From contig NC_042997.1 of NCBI RefSeq assembly GCF_006345805.1, positions 190,588,001 to 190,652,000 on the forward strand: a stretch of 64,000 nucleotides of DNA, given 5' to 3'. Each line of letters begins with the position of its first letter. Position 1 is the first letter of the stretch. Shown one piece after another: positions 1 through 13,929 of the stretch. Made by a program: the position numbers and the translations under genes. The notes beneath the pieces are model-generated. The model saw only the letters and a program-made list of their open reading frames with translations, searched no databases and was not told the origin of the DNA. The stretch comes from Octopus sinensis. Taxonomy: Eukaryota.

Positions 1-385
1 ATCTGGCGAGGATAGATATTCAGGCCAGTTTTGTTTGAGGATCTCTTTCTCAATTTGTTTCCAGTTTTCCTTATGGAAGTTCACGCTGGAAAGATTCTGA
101 GAGTTTCTTGTAGGCTGCATGTCCATGCTTTCCTTTGGCCCGTACATGGTCAGCTCTACCATGTTGTGATCCGAGAGTAGAGTCGGCGTCACTTTCACAT
201 TATGGATGAGATCCATATTATTTGTGAAGCAGAGATCCAGTACGTTACCTGCCCTGGTTGGTTGGAGTATTACTTGCTCCATGTACAGAGTGTTGATGAG
301 GTTCAGGAGGGACCTTGCCTGTCCTCGTTCACATCGTGTCATTCTTGGGAGAGAAAGTCCCTCGGGCCATATATACAATCTAAAT
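1..385 (-). pseudogene. CR1/L2-type LINE AP-endonuclease fragment
   Basis: Minus-strand translation gives QPTRAGNVLDLCFTNNMDLIHNVKVTPTLLSDHNMVE, matching the PTR..N.LDL...SDH motif at the end of the APE domain; runs off the window edge. Confidence 0.8.
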
Positions 386-589
386 TAATATGTGCCTACT
401 TATTTATTTATTGATTTATTTATATTCAGATCTTCTATATACTCTAAAATTATTTTCCACTTACATAATTCTGTGCCCCACCTATTCTAGTTTTTTACAT
501 ACAACTAAACAAAATACTTTCCTTTCTCTTGTATTTATGAGAATGTATACATACACACACAAACGTAAGTAATTTATTAATTATTGGTA

Positions 590-783
590 TATGAAGATAT
601 ATTTTAGGCGTGTATGTATGTGGAAGTGCATTTATGTACTATGTATGTGTATGAGTAGATGTATGCATGTCTATGTGTGTATCAGCATGTCTGTATATGT
701 ATGTATGTATATATACATATGTGAGTGTGTGCACATGTACGTGAGTGTGCATATGTGTATATATGTGTTTTTATGTAAGTGTG

Positions 784-823
<40 letters not shown>

Positions 824-995
824 GAGCAGATGCACATACATATGAGTACGCGAGCGTGTATGCATTCACGCCTGTGTATGTATATATATATGTGCGTGTG
901 CGTATGTGTATACATGCATTCTGGGATATATATGTATATGTGTGTGTGCATATGTATGCGTACGTATGAACGTGTGTGTGTGTATATATATATAC

Positions 996-1041
<46 letters not shown>

Positions 1042-1180
1042 ATATATATATATATATACTAATATACGTGCATATGTGTGTTTATGCGTGCATATATGTG
1101 GATAAAATATATATAGTAATAAATATGTGTGTGTGTGTGCCTGTGTGCACGCATATATATGAGTATATGTGTAATACATA
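590..1180. repeat. Compound (TG)/(TA)/(TATG) microsatellite field
   Basis: Direct inspection; source of the spurious YIYI/VCVC ORFs. Confidence 0.95.
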
Positions 1181-1368
1181 TAATTAATAATTATTATTAA
1201 AAACCTTGTTTCGATTAAAGCTAAATTATAACTGTCTAAAAGACAATATAAAATATAATGTATTACAACTTACATGTTATCTGGACGAGGTTCAGTCAAC
1301 TAATTTCTCAAAAGACTGTCTTAACTATTGGTGACGTAGTTCGCAGTATCAAATGTCTTTACCTATTT

Positions 1369-1605
1369 TGGTGACGTGGAACACCACCTTCAGTGGAGTA
1401 AATCAACCCCAGGACTTATTCTTTGTAAGCCTAGTACTTACTCTATTGGTCACTTTTGCGGAATAGCTATATAACTGCGACGTAAACGCATCGGTTGTCA
1501 AGCGATGTTGGGGGGGGGGGACAAACACTGACACACAAACATATACACACACATACATACATGCATGCATATATATGTGTATATATACATATATATATAT
1601 ATATG

Positions 1606-1659
<54 letters not shown>

Positions 1660-1790
1660 TATGTACGTCTACCAAATCCACTCACAAGGCTTTGGTCAGC
1701 CCGGAGAGGACTCTTGCCGAAGGTGCCACGCAGTGAGACTGAACCTGGAACCATGTGGTTGGTAAGCAAGCGACTTACCACACAGCCACT
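1369..1790 (-). mobile_element. SINE family 1 (tRNA-like head AGTGGCTGTGTGGTAAG..GGTTCAGTCCC, internal microsatellite)
   Basis: Reverse complement of the head with A/B boxes at 1740-1790; homologous to copies at 21543, 39247 and 46870. Confidence 0.85.
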
Positions 1791-3199
1791 ACTATATATA
1801 TATATATATGCACTCACACACATCGTGGTACTCTAGAAGCGGTGCACATTAGCAGAACTTTCGACTCGAATCAAATACAACTATTTCAAGTGGTTGTTAG
1901 AGTATCTACATAAGAATAGTCAGGACTGGCTAGTTTGTACTGGCGTCGAGCCCATTATTACACCTTATACGATTCGATGCCAGTACAAACTAGCCGGTTC
2001 CAACTCCACTCACATACACATATAGACATATATATATAAACACAGACCCATATATATATATATATATGCATGCATACGTAGATGGGCACATACATTCATG
2101 CAAACATCCATGCATTATATTTATCTGAATTTTTATGTTTATTTTCACATTCTGTTATGCCATATGCTTTTGAGAAATCGTTACTGAATAATTCAAATGC
2201 GATAACACACAGTCGCCTATTTTACCTATTCCCTTACTTATTTCAAACAATATTGAGACATGGGAACACTGAGATATGAAAAATAAATAAACAAAAATAT
2301 AACACATTAAACCCCAAATCTTTGCCGTTATTGCATGCTAGATAGATTATACTGAATATTTGAATATTTTCATTGTCATATATATATTTTCATTTTTGTA
2401 TTATTAATTTTATTTTTATTTCATTTACACATTTTTTTTTCAGATATTTCACTTTTCTCTCATTGAGGTATTTCTTAACACATTTCTATACAGAATATCG
2501 GAAGTAATTTATATATATTCCAACGATATTATTTCGTCTGATGTCATGACACTATTCGCTGTAGCCTACCACCATCAGTGTTCATGTCGCTATTGTTGGA
2601 ACCGAATTAGATATTCGAAGATGAAGCTGTATATACACATATGTATACGTATATACAAATAATGATATACATACATACATATATGTGTGTGTATGTGTTT
2701 GTGTGTAATGGGGAACGGTGTGCGGAATGGGTGGGATAATGGGGTGTATGTCTTAATTCAAAATATAGACTATCAAATCAAATGAAAATGAGACAAAAAC
2801 CATTCTTTTATTTCAAATTGAATCATTTTGTGTGTAATAGCACAGAATGAAATCTAGGTTGTTGAGTTACAGGTACGGTAGCGAGCCAGAAGTAACCCCA
2901 CTCACAGAGTAGTTAATTTTCATTCTGCGTTCCATGTTCGAATCGTACTGATGCCGGGCTCGGTATTTCATCCATCCCCCCTAATGAATCGAAAACCTGA
3001 GCGTCAGTTTCGGTCTTAAGTATTCAGTCGACTGACAAAGTTCTTCTCTATGGATCGGGAAATGAATATGAGAATTCATTGCCTTAATTATTATTGTTAT
3101 TTTTTCACTACCATCGGAGGGCGATGCGCTCCTTACAAACAAGTTCGTGATATATAAAATGTTTTGAATAGGAACCGGAAAGTGAAGTGTGAAAATACA

Positions 3200-3430
3200 T
3201 ATTTCTTTACTACCCACAAGGAGCTAAACACAGAGGGGACAAACAAGGACAGACAAACGGATTAAGTCGATTGCATTGACCCCAGTGCGTTACTGGTACT
3301 TAATTTATCGACCCTGAAATGATGAAAGGCAAAATCGACCTCGGCGGAATTTGAGCTCAGAACGTAACGGCAGACGAAATACGGCTACGCATTTTGCCCG
3401 GCGTGCTAACGTTTCTGCCAGCTCGCCGCC
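3200..3430 (-). mobile_element. SINE family 3 (GGCGGCGAGCTGGCAGAAACG head) with LINE-like tail
   Basis: Full head with B box GAGCTCAAATTCC; tail ...GTGGGTAGTAAAGAAATA followed by TGTAT. Confidence 0.9.
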
Positions 3431-3808
3431 TTCAAGTTTATAACTATATACATGTGTGTGTTTGAATATATATGGGTAGAATGAGAGGGAAGCAGGTAGA
3501 CACAGATAGCTGAAAGCGTTAATTATCGTTCCTAGTTATGTAAATAAAATTATGTAACAAGACTGAGACAATAGAAGTATATACAGGCACACTGACAAAC
3601 AGACATACAGAAACACACAAACCGACACACATACACATATACACAAACACACAAATACATTCACAGATACACAGTTACATGCAGTCTTGAGGATGTGTGT
3701 GTGCGTTTGGTGTCTCAAACGAGAACCTCATAAACGGGTACAAACAAGCATTATAATTAATATAAATTAAATAAATAAATATATATATGCATATATATAT
3801 ATAGCTAA

Positions 3809-3841
<33 letters not shown>

Positions 3842-4354
3842 TTCTATATATATATGCATATATATATATATTTATATGCATAAATATATATATATAACAT
3901 ATATATATCATGTATATATCATACATATATAATGCATGTATATATACATACATAATATATGCATGTAATATACATATAATATATATATATATGCATGTAT
4001 ATATACATATATATGTGTATATATAAATGCATGTATATATATATGCCTGTATTATATGTGTGTGTTGTGTGTGTGTATATAATATTATATATTATGTATA
4101 TATATATATCTGTGTGTATGTATATATATATATATATATATCTATAATATATATTATATATATATCTGTATGTATATATATGTATGTATGTATGTATATA
4201 TTTATATGTGCTACTCACAACTTACACCAGCTGTCGCTATTGTCATATCATTTCGTTGAACACAATCTAAAAGTTTTCTTTTTGAAAAAAAATCTGTCCT
4301 TTACATGTCCTTCCCAATTATTGTTGCAATTTTGATGCCTATCATCATTATTAC

Positions 4355-4394
<40 letters not shown>

Positions 4395-4717
4395 GGTATT
4401 ATTAATGTTATCATTATCTCGTTTCAATTATTGTGTCATAGAGTAAATTTTATGTTTCGTCTGTCTTTTTATGAAGTTTAATTCGTTCATTGTGTCACGT
4501 CCTTACGTCCTTAGCCATCCCGAATTTATTACGTAGCTGTGTCTTGTCCACCACAGCACTACATATTTTGTAATTGCGATGGTTTAAACTTTATTGTCTG
4601 TATATATTTATGTAATTAAGGCTATGAAAGATCCAATAATAATAAAAATAATAATGACAAAAAAACAACAGCAACAGCAACAACAACAACAACAATAATA
4701 ATGATAATATTATTATT

Positions 4718-4758
<41 letters not shown>

Positions 4759-4779
4759 TAATAATAATAATTATAATAG

Positions 4780-5340
4780 CCCTCATGGCTGTTGATCTTA
4801 ACTCTCTCATGGCTTCTGATCTTAACTGATTGGAAGTGTTATCATCTACATGTTTTGTCTTGGTATAAAAGATGGGCTACAGTAAATATTCTGCTCAGTA
4901 CCACAGATTTGCTTGTCAGTTGTTTGACCTTAACCAATTGAGCACGTCCCTTAATGCCTGACGATATGTGCATCTCTGATCACGAGCAGAAGTAGTGGGG
5001 GAGCATCATAGCCATGTGTTGAGAGGGATTCTTTGGAGTTTGGATAATTCAACTTTGGAAACATGGGTTGCTCGTTCAACATCCTTAAATAATCCTTCTT
5101 CAGGGACATTTTGAGCGGGATGGGCTGCTCGACCAAAGAAAATTCAAACTGTGCCCCACCTACAAGGTAATGCGCTGGTTATCTTGATATGAGATCACCA
5201 TATCGCGCACATATGGTTGTGATGCATGTGCCTAGTGTACCCTTATCAGACGGGTAGTCATTTGAGTATACTGGCTTCGTAATATTTTACCCAGTGTCAC
5301 TTGATGGCATGCACTGCTATCTCACTCAATAATAATAATA
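4780..5340 (+). mobile_element. About 550 bp non-coding interspersed element ending in (AAT)n
   Basis: Homologous to the partial copy at 5346-5487 and the inverted copy at 48530-49075; flanked by (AAT)n. Confidence 0.75.
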
Positions 5341-5345
5341 ATAAT

Positions 5346-5487
5346 AATGCCCCGATGCAGTACCAGGCAGTAGCTCTCATGGCTTCTGATCTCAACTGAT
5401 TGGAAGTGTTATCATGTACATTGTTTTGTTTTGGTATAAAAGATGGGCTACAGCAAATATTCTGCTCAATATCACAAATTTACTTAT
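5346..5487 (+). mobile_element. 5' part of the same ~550 bp element
   Basis: GCTCTCATGGCTTCTGATCTCAACTGATTGGAAGTG... repeats 4805-4920. Confidence 0.7.
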
Positions 5488-6094
5488 AATAATAATAATA
5501 ATAATAATAATATAAAATAATAATAATAATAATAATGCCCACACAAAGAGAAAAACAGCAACAACTACAACATCAACAACATAGGAAGCAACTACAACCG
5601 GACAACCAGCCCATCCCTCTCGGATCCTGTGCATAGAGAACATAGCCTAGCTAGTAACAAAAACAACGACGATAAAAACACCGTCACTGCTGAAGTAAAG
5701 AAAAAAGCAACGATCTTGGTTTTCATACGCTGAGCTTGTCCCCCGAAGAACAGCAAGTGAGCAATGGACTCTCTGAGCAGTCATTTGGCATGTTAGAAAG
5801 AGTAGTTACTTCTCTTTCAAATCGTATCTAACAACGCAGATTAAGGACAAATCAGATAGTGTAATCCTGTATGCGGCTGTCCTTGTCACCCCTGCCCTGC
5901 GTAGGCCGATGTAATCTCTGCGTTTGTGGGAGGCCTGCAGCAAGTCGCACAGGGCGAACTTGGCGTCTCAAGCCTTTGCCGGCAACCAAGTTAGAGTTGG
6001 TGTGGTATTTGGGGTAAGCCTTTACATGGAAATCTCAAATAAACACATCCGGGGAGTAAACTCGGTAAAAGATCATTCTCATTCTTTGCAATGA

Positions 6095-6290
6095 TAACAA
6101 GGACACATTCTTTATAAGTCTAGTACTTATTCTATTGGTTTCTTTTACCGAACCACTAAGTTACGCGGACGTAAACACACCAACATCGGTTATGAAGCGA
6201 TGGTGGGGGAACAAACACAGACACAAAAATGAATACACACACATAAATGATAGGCTTCTTTCCGTTTCCGCCCGCCGAACCCACTCACAA
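6095..6290 (-). mobile_element. SINE family 1 fragment
   Basis: TTCTTTATAAGTCTAGTACTTATTCTATTGG...AAACACAGACACA matches the family 1 3' half. Confidence 0.7.
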
Positions 6291-6830
6291 GCATAAAAAT
6301 TTGTAACGATGTTTGTCGTTGTTTTTTAATTTGTGGGCATGATGGTATTTGTGGGTGTTTGTGTTGTGGGCTGTGTCTGGTCTGTAGTGATGATAGTTGT
6401 GATGGTGACGATGGTGTTGATAATGTTTGTGTTGTTGTTGGCATGTTGCTGTCGATAGCTTGTCCGTTTGGATCTTATTGCATTTTGTTGGTGTGTCTTC
6501 CTTGTTTCGTCAACATGAGTTTTGCTTATTTGCTTGTCATATCTGTAAGTATATATATATATATATATGCCTCGTGAAAATATCTGTTCCGACTTGTGGC
6601 TATTTCTTACTGAAGAATCTGAGGGCCTATGGAAGATTGGCTTGATTTAATTTAATCAAGTTAGTTACCATTAAACAGCAGATGAAACGGTGCATCGTAT
6701 AAGAAATTACAGGTAAATGTTTTTTAAATTTTCTCCTGTTTACGAATTGACTTTTATTTGCGGTTGAAGCTTTGGCTGTTATTTCTAGTGGGTGAATGGC
6801 CTATTATGGCCGTTCCTTGATTGATGATAT

Positions 6831-6873
<43 letters not shown>

Positions 6874-7689
6874 TAAATATAATATATATATATATACAGA
6901 GAGAGAAAGAGAGAGAGACAGACAGACAGAAATAGATATATATCACCGGGTCGAATAGACTATCCGCTGTTGTTATACATCGGGGATGTGATCACAATAC
7001 GCTTTCTCGCATTGTTTTAGACTTCAAATTATGCTCTCATCCCAGAGAGAACGTGGAACGATTTTTTTTCTTCTTTTTTACTGAACAGTGGATCTCGAAA
7101 CACATAAATCTATAAATAATAGCATGAAGATATTGGGTTGGAAAAAGCCTTTTCATAAGAAAAAAAAGTCGAAATTCTTTCTTCTTAACAGCAAGGATCG
7201 TCTGTTTCTGATGTCATAGCAATTTAGAAACTTTCGGGTGAACGTGAAACAATTTTTTATGCAACTCCTTACGCAGTAGTTCTCGAAGCACATAAATCTC
7301 AAAATTAATATTATATTATTATATAACTATTAGGTTAGGTTATAGTATTGTAATTTTAATGCAAGTTTACATGTACGGCGAAACTTCACGAGCGAAATGA
7401 AAAGAGAACTCGATCCCCCGAGTAGAACAAATATTTATGTTTTCCAATATTTAGCTTTCGACGTATCGTTATTCAAAATTTCATATCTTCAGAGTATCTT
7501 TAGGGCAATCATCAGACGTGAATGCAGCATCCAGAACCGCTGACCTTTGATACTTGAAAAGCTATTCATGTGTTTAGTCGATCATATCAAAACCAGTACA
7601 TATTTCAGACTGGTTCTTAATTTATTGATCTTTATTTATCTAAAAATCATTGGCGCAGACATGGATAAGGCTGTGGCCGACTAGTTACA

Positions 7690-8034
7690 GTACACACGCA
7701 TATACACACATATACACATACACACGTACGCGCACATACGCACGTAGAGACACACACATACACAGACAAGCGTGGTCACGTTTTCAGTTATATTTGCATG
7801 GGATTGACCTCGAGTGCTTCTATATACGTTTGTATTTATATATGTATGTATGTATGTAATTATGTATGTATGTATGTATGTATGTATGTATGTATGTATG
7901 TATGTATGCACGTATGTATACAAGTGTGTGTATGTTTGTCGGTGTGTGAGTGTGTGTCTGCGGTACGTTGACAATCGAACTTAACTTTACAATGCAGAAT
8001 TTAATCGATGTACATTTGCATATACAAAATTCGG

Positions 8035-8109
<75 letters not shown>

Positions 8110-8400
8110 ATGTATATTTATATGTGTGTATATATATGTATGTATATATCATATATATATATATACATATATACACATACACACACACACACACATATAT
8201 ATATATACATATATACATATATGGCATATATTTACATATACAAACACATATGTACACACACATATCTATATCTATCTATCTATATCTATCTATCTATACA
8301 TATATATATATATAATTTTAATAATCATAATAATTCATATATACATAGATATACATACATACATTACATCATATATACATGTACACATACACATGTACAA
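7690..8400. repeat. Compound microsatellite field ((TATG)n, (CA)n, (TA)n, (TATC)n)
   Basis: Direct inspection. Confidence 0.95.
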
Positions 8401-8893
8401 ATACCGAATAAAAGGATTGTACAGAAGCCACGATATGGTATAACGCTTAGCTTGAGCAATGCCTGAAACATCAGAGTGGATCCAGTCGAATATCAGTCAA
8501 ATTACTGTAAGCCAGGAATCAGTACAGAGAAATGGAAAGGGAATCAAATGCGTTGCAGAAGTTTTGTTTGAAACGCACAGCTGAAACTGTTGAAGTTATT
8601 ATATCAGCCACATAGACGATGTAATGTATATAAAATATTTTGATAAAACAGGCGATCTATTGAGGATGTGTTATCAAAGAAAACACTTATTAAAGTAGCC
8701 AACCAGAGAGATGTATCGTAGACGTTTATATATCGTATATATACTTACATATATATATATATACATATATGGTTATACATATATATATATGTGCTTATAT
8801 ATATTTGTATATATATACATACATATATATATATGTATAAACATGTATATATAAACATATATATATGTATGTATGTGTGTATATACACATATA

Positions 8894-8977
<84 letters not shown>

Positions 8978-9112
8978 CCAAAGATTAATATGCGTGTATG
9001 CATGTCTTATAGGGTGTTACGGAATATACTTTAGCGCTTAAATGAGATATGAAATTATAATATTAAAGGGACTCCTGAATCACTCTATATGTTCATATTT
9101 GCAAACACATGC

Positions 9113-9149
<37 letters not shown>

Positions 9150-9235
9150 ATATATATATGTGTGTGTGGTGTTATATATATATATATATATATGTATTAT
9201 GTTTATATATATATATATGTATTTATGTATATATA

Positions 9236-9265
9236 CTAGCTGGCGTACACGGTAATTCCCGGGAA
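9236..9265 (-). mobile_element. Possible Helitron 3' terminus
   Basis: Reverse complement CCCGGGAATTACCGTGTACGCCAGCTAGT gives a degenerate hairpin plus CTAG|T end; body not delimited. Confidence 0.3.
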
Positions 9266-10013
9266 AGCTGGGCTTATCCCTTTGTTCCGTTCGCATAATT
9301 GTTTCGCTAATCCAATAACAACAATACAAAGTATGTAGCACTTAAAACGCTTTTTGTGCATTTACAGAGAATACTGGACTGTCTTACACAGGAGCTTGTT
9401 CTTAGGAATTCCCAATATGTTATGAATATCCAAATTGTGAAGTCAGTTATGTAATAAGATGAAATTAGTTACCTGATAGTAAGAATTCAAATAAAGTAAC
9501 CCCGAAATGCATTTAATGCATTCCCAGAATATATAGAACATAGGGAAAAATACTAATAAGGTATTATACTATAATCTTGAAGCATGTTACGTAATAACAG
9601 ACTAATCGAGATACGAGATAATAACAATTGAAAGTAAATACCACTGAAAAGTGCTTTTGTGTGTCCCCAGAGAATATTACCCTCAGGGGCGCTAGTGTTG
9701 GTATGTTCGTGAATAAGCCACTAACCGAAATAACTGGATCTATTGATATTGCTATCAGTTCAAATACTAAGAAAAGAAGCATACTCAATGTCTTTTTTAC
9801 CAAATAATTTAGGCAAATGAATGGATTATTTCTCTTCGCTATATATATATAAGGATCCCTTCTAGAGGCCCAATTATCGATTTTTTTCGACAATTTCAAT
9901 ATGCGATGAGGTTTCCAGACATAAGTTCTACTCACATGTCACGTTTCATCAAAATCGATTACATGATGAAGGAGGAGTTAGCTAACAACTCCACAAACAT
10001 ACACACAGATGTG

Positions 10014-10045
<32 letters not shown>

Positions 10046-10184
10046 TATAAACATATTACATATATACGTATATATACATATGTGTATATATATATATACG
10101 TATATATACATATGTGTATATATATATATATATATACGTATATTACATATGTGTATATATATATATATATATACGTATATATAC

Positions 10185-10228
<44 letters not shown>

Positions 10229-10944
10229 CATATTACATATATATATATATACATACATAAAATTACATATATACACATACACACACATATATACTTTATT
10301 AAACTTGAAGCTGAGAGTTTGTTTCACGTATGATCACATGTGCACATATAAGTACACACTTATAACACACACATGCATAATTATTCAAACGATATAAAAT
10401 TAAATATGGATATCAGTATTTCTTCTATATGCAATGTTACATAAACACATACTAATTTAAATATGAAGCTTGTTCTTTACAGCTGTTTCGAAAATGCTGA
10501 GACTGGTCGATGCTACAAGTCATTTTATGCAAACACGCGTATACATTGGAAGAATGATTATTCACTGCAACTATGCGAAAAAAGCAAATGCTATCCATCT
10601 ATATCCAATACGATGCAGCAAGAAGGAGAATATTCTGCGGTTCCAACTTGAAGACATTCACGTATCTTAATCCACAACGATTGGCGATATATTTGCTCCT
10701 TTGGTTATTTGCTGTATATATAATTGTTGCCTCAATACATACGCCTGTTTGCATACTATACATTATGATGTCCACCCGTCACCAAATATCTGCTGCAGGT
10801 GTAAAAAATAAACACTTATATGCTAATATTGATTTCAAATTGTGACTCAAGGCCTGCAATTTCGGCAGAGGGGTAGTTCTGCTGGACTATTTTACCTTGT
10901 TTAAAGCTGAATTGAGTATAGATTAATTTAAAGTAAGAAGTTTG

Positions 10945-11073
10945 CTTCCCGACCACATAGCTCCAAGTTCATTCGCACTGCATCACACTTCAGGCATGTA
11001 GCTTCTAGTATAACCTCGAGCCGGCCAAAACCTTATAAGTAGATTTGGTAGACGGAAACTGAAAGAAGCCCGT

Positions 11074-11156
<83 letters not shown>

Positions 11157-11700
11157 TTTGTATCTGTGCTTGTCCACCACCACTACTTGACAACCGGTGT
11201 TGTGTTTACTTTCGGCAAATGTAACTGATAAACTACCAGACTTAAAAAGAAAAGAAGTACTGAGGTCGACTTACAATTTCCTCACCGTAGTGCTCTAGCA
11301 TGTGAAAGCGCATGTCTCAGTGGTTAGAGCGTCGAGCTTACGATCGTGGGGTTGTGAGTTCGAATCCCGGACCGGGCTGCGTATTGTATTCTTGAGCAAG
11401 GCACTTTATTTCACGTTGCTCCAGTTCACTCAGCTGTAGAAATGAGTTGCGACGTCACAGGTGCCAAGCTGTATCGGCCCTTGCCTTTCCCTTGGATAAC
11501 ACTGGTGGCGTGGAGAGAGGAGGCCGGTATGCATGGGCGACTGCTGGTCTTCCATAAACAACCTTGTCCGGACTTGTGCCTTCGAGGGTAACTTTCTAGG
11601 CGCAATCCCATGGTCATTCGTGACCGAAGGGGGTCTCCGATCTCCGATTGCTCTAGCATAGCCGCAGTCTAATAACTGAAACAAGTAAAAGATAAGAAAA
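10945..11700 (+). mobile_element. Degenerate SINE family 1 copy interrupted by a family 2 SINE
   Basis: Family 1 motifs at 11020-11290 and 11650-11700 bracket the nested insertion. Confidence 0.7.
11302..11648 (+). mobile_element. SINE family 2 (GGCGCGTGGCTCAGTGGTTAG tRNA head), tail type a
   Basis: A box and B box GAGTTCGAATCCC; central TTGAGCAAGGCACTTTATTTCACGTTGCTCCAG; 11 bp TSD TGCTCTAGCAT (11291-11301, 11649-11659). Confidence 0.85.
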
Positions 11701-11956
11701 TAAAGATGTCTAAATAGCCGTTAATATAGTTAAGAAAACTCGTTCGCCGACGCCTCTTTCCTTCTCTATTCTGATTGCAAAAATACCATGCGTACTCATG
11801 GACATATACATTTATTCAATTCCACGTATACACTGAAGTTTGTGATAAAATATCCTCAGTACGTAAGTGTATTTGAAATGTGTGTATATGTTTTTGTTTT
11901 TGTGTGTATATATATCTTTATGTACACACATATAACTGTATAAATATATAAGAATC

Positions 11957-12054
<98 letters not shown>

Positions 12055-12673
12055 TTTATGTATTGTTATACATATGTAGTTGCGCTAATATAAATATATG
12101 TGTGTGTATGTCTGTGTGTGATATGTGTGAGAGCCAGCCTTTGTGTGTGTGTGTGTTTGTATGCGAGTACGCACACACACATGTGTTTCAGGAAAACAAA
12201 CCCACTCCATTATGTAATCGAATGAAAGTATGAGGTTATCAAGATTATTTTGTAGTTTGAATTGTTGAATTATTACCCGGAGCGAAACCGTGGAGAGTCA
12301 AAGAGTTAGCTACTGGATTCTGCAGCAGAATGATGTAAATACTAACAAAGTATTTACATCACGGCCTGTGTGTATTAGCGACCTTACATTTTAGAAAATT
12401 AACATTAATGGGTACATCAGTAGATCATACACCAGATTATCATAAACTTAGTATCTTAAAAGTGTTGAAACTATTGTAGTGAAGGGGGGGAAATTGTGAA
12501 ATGATACAGGTCCATGGCTGTATGATACAAGAGAAACTGTTCGTAGAAAACTATTTGGAACTGAAATGCATTTTATTATTGAAATGGACTTTCATTTATT
12601 TTTATGTAATATTTCTTGTGATATTAGAATGTGCACGGTAAGATACGCAAATTCCTGTCCAAATGCATTATAT

Positions 12674-12885
12674 TATTTCTTTACTACCCACAAGGGGCTA
12701 AACACAGAGGGGACAAACAAGGACAGACAAACGGATTAAGTCGATTATATCGACCCCAGTGCGTGACTGTTACTTATTTAATCGATCCTGAAAGGATGAA
12801 ACGCAAAGTCGACCTCGGCGGAATTTGAACTCAGAACGTAACGACAGACGAAATACCGCTAAGCATTTCGCCCGGCGCGCTAACG
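12674..12885 (-). mobile_element. SINE family 3 with LINE-like tail, 5'-truncated
   Basis: Homology to the other family 3 copies. Confidence 0.85.
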
Positions 12886-13698
12886 ACCATTCTTAAATTT
12901 CTGACTGTAAATATCGTCCCATTTTCTTGCTATACTTTACCCTACGCTATTCTCACGTCCGTGCTTTCCTTACAAAGTTATCAACACAATTAATTTAAAA
13001 CTGCATATTAGTTACATTATTATCAGCTGTTTTGCGGGCTATTAAAAGTTGCAGAAACTATCAATGCTATTCCAACTGATCGATAATAAATCATTGTCGC
13101 TTACTTAAAATTTTCTCCAAGTATGAGATTTTGAGTTCATGTAGTAACTGAAACTTTTACCTTCAAGTGAGCCATGGCAGTCCTATTGTTAAATGCATTT
13201 CAGCTGTGATTATTCCATTATTTTTCAGACTCGCTCTTGGAACCTTTAAAGAGACTGTTGGACAGGGATATCGATCCGAGATTCAGGGCACCGAAGAGAG
13301 GTCCATCACACGCTGCTAGATCTTCTTGTATGAGAACAAAAAAAAGGTTCAATCTCCTGTAATTTAAGAGAGCATCACCTATCGGTACCCAAAATCAGTT
13401 TTGTTTCGCCTTACCAAATTTCTTCCGGATGCCCTTTTTTTTATGCTTTCCTTTTTAATGCGATATTGGTGTTACGAGAGAGATTTGGTTATTAAAGTGA
13501 TTTAAACTGAATCTTCTTCGTTGGATTGCGTATTGCTGTTAAATATTTACAATGATAAATGCGACAACATATATTGTTTAAATCCTTTGTTCATCCGCGA
13601 TATTGTCTCACTGTTGGTGAACTAAAATAAATTAAGTCATCAGAAAAAGATTCAGCACACGACAATGAAGACAAATGTGAAGGTATGAGAAGTTTAAA

Positions 13699-13929
13699 GG
13701 CGGCGAGCTGGCAGACACGTTAGCACGCCAGGCGAAATGCGTAGTCGTATTTCGTCTGCCGTTACGTTCTGAGTTCAAATTCCGCCGAGGTCGACTTTGC
13801 CTTTCATCCTTTCGGGGTCGATAAATTAAGTACAAGTTACGCACTTGGGTCGATATAATCGACTTAATCCGTTTGTCTATCCTTGTTTGTCCTCTCTGTG
13901 TTTAGCCCCTTGTGGGTAGTAAAGAAATA
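13699..13929 (+). mobile_element. SINE family 3, full-length, 18 bp TSD
   Basis: TSD AGGTATGAGAAGTTTAAA at 13681-13698 and 13929-13946. Confidence 0.92.

Noticed and set aside
590-10400. Numerous 60-165 aa ORFs rich in YIYI/HTHT/VCVC
   Set aside because: Translations of dinucleotide microsatellites, not genes.
10483-10662. Possible exon after TTCTTTACAG with a C-type-lectin-like phrase (GRCYKSF...W...C)
   Set aside because: That frame stops before any good donor; the alternative open frame has no recognisable motif and a weak donor.
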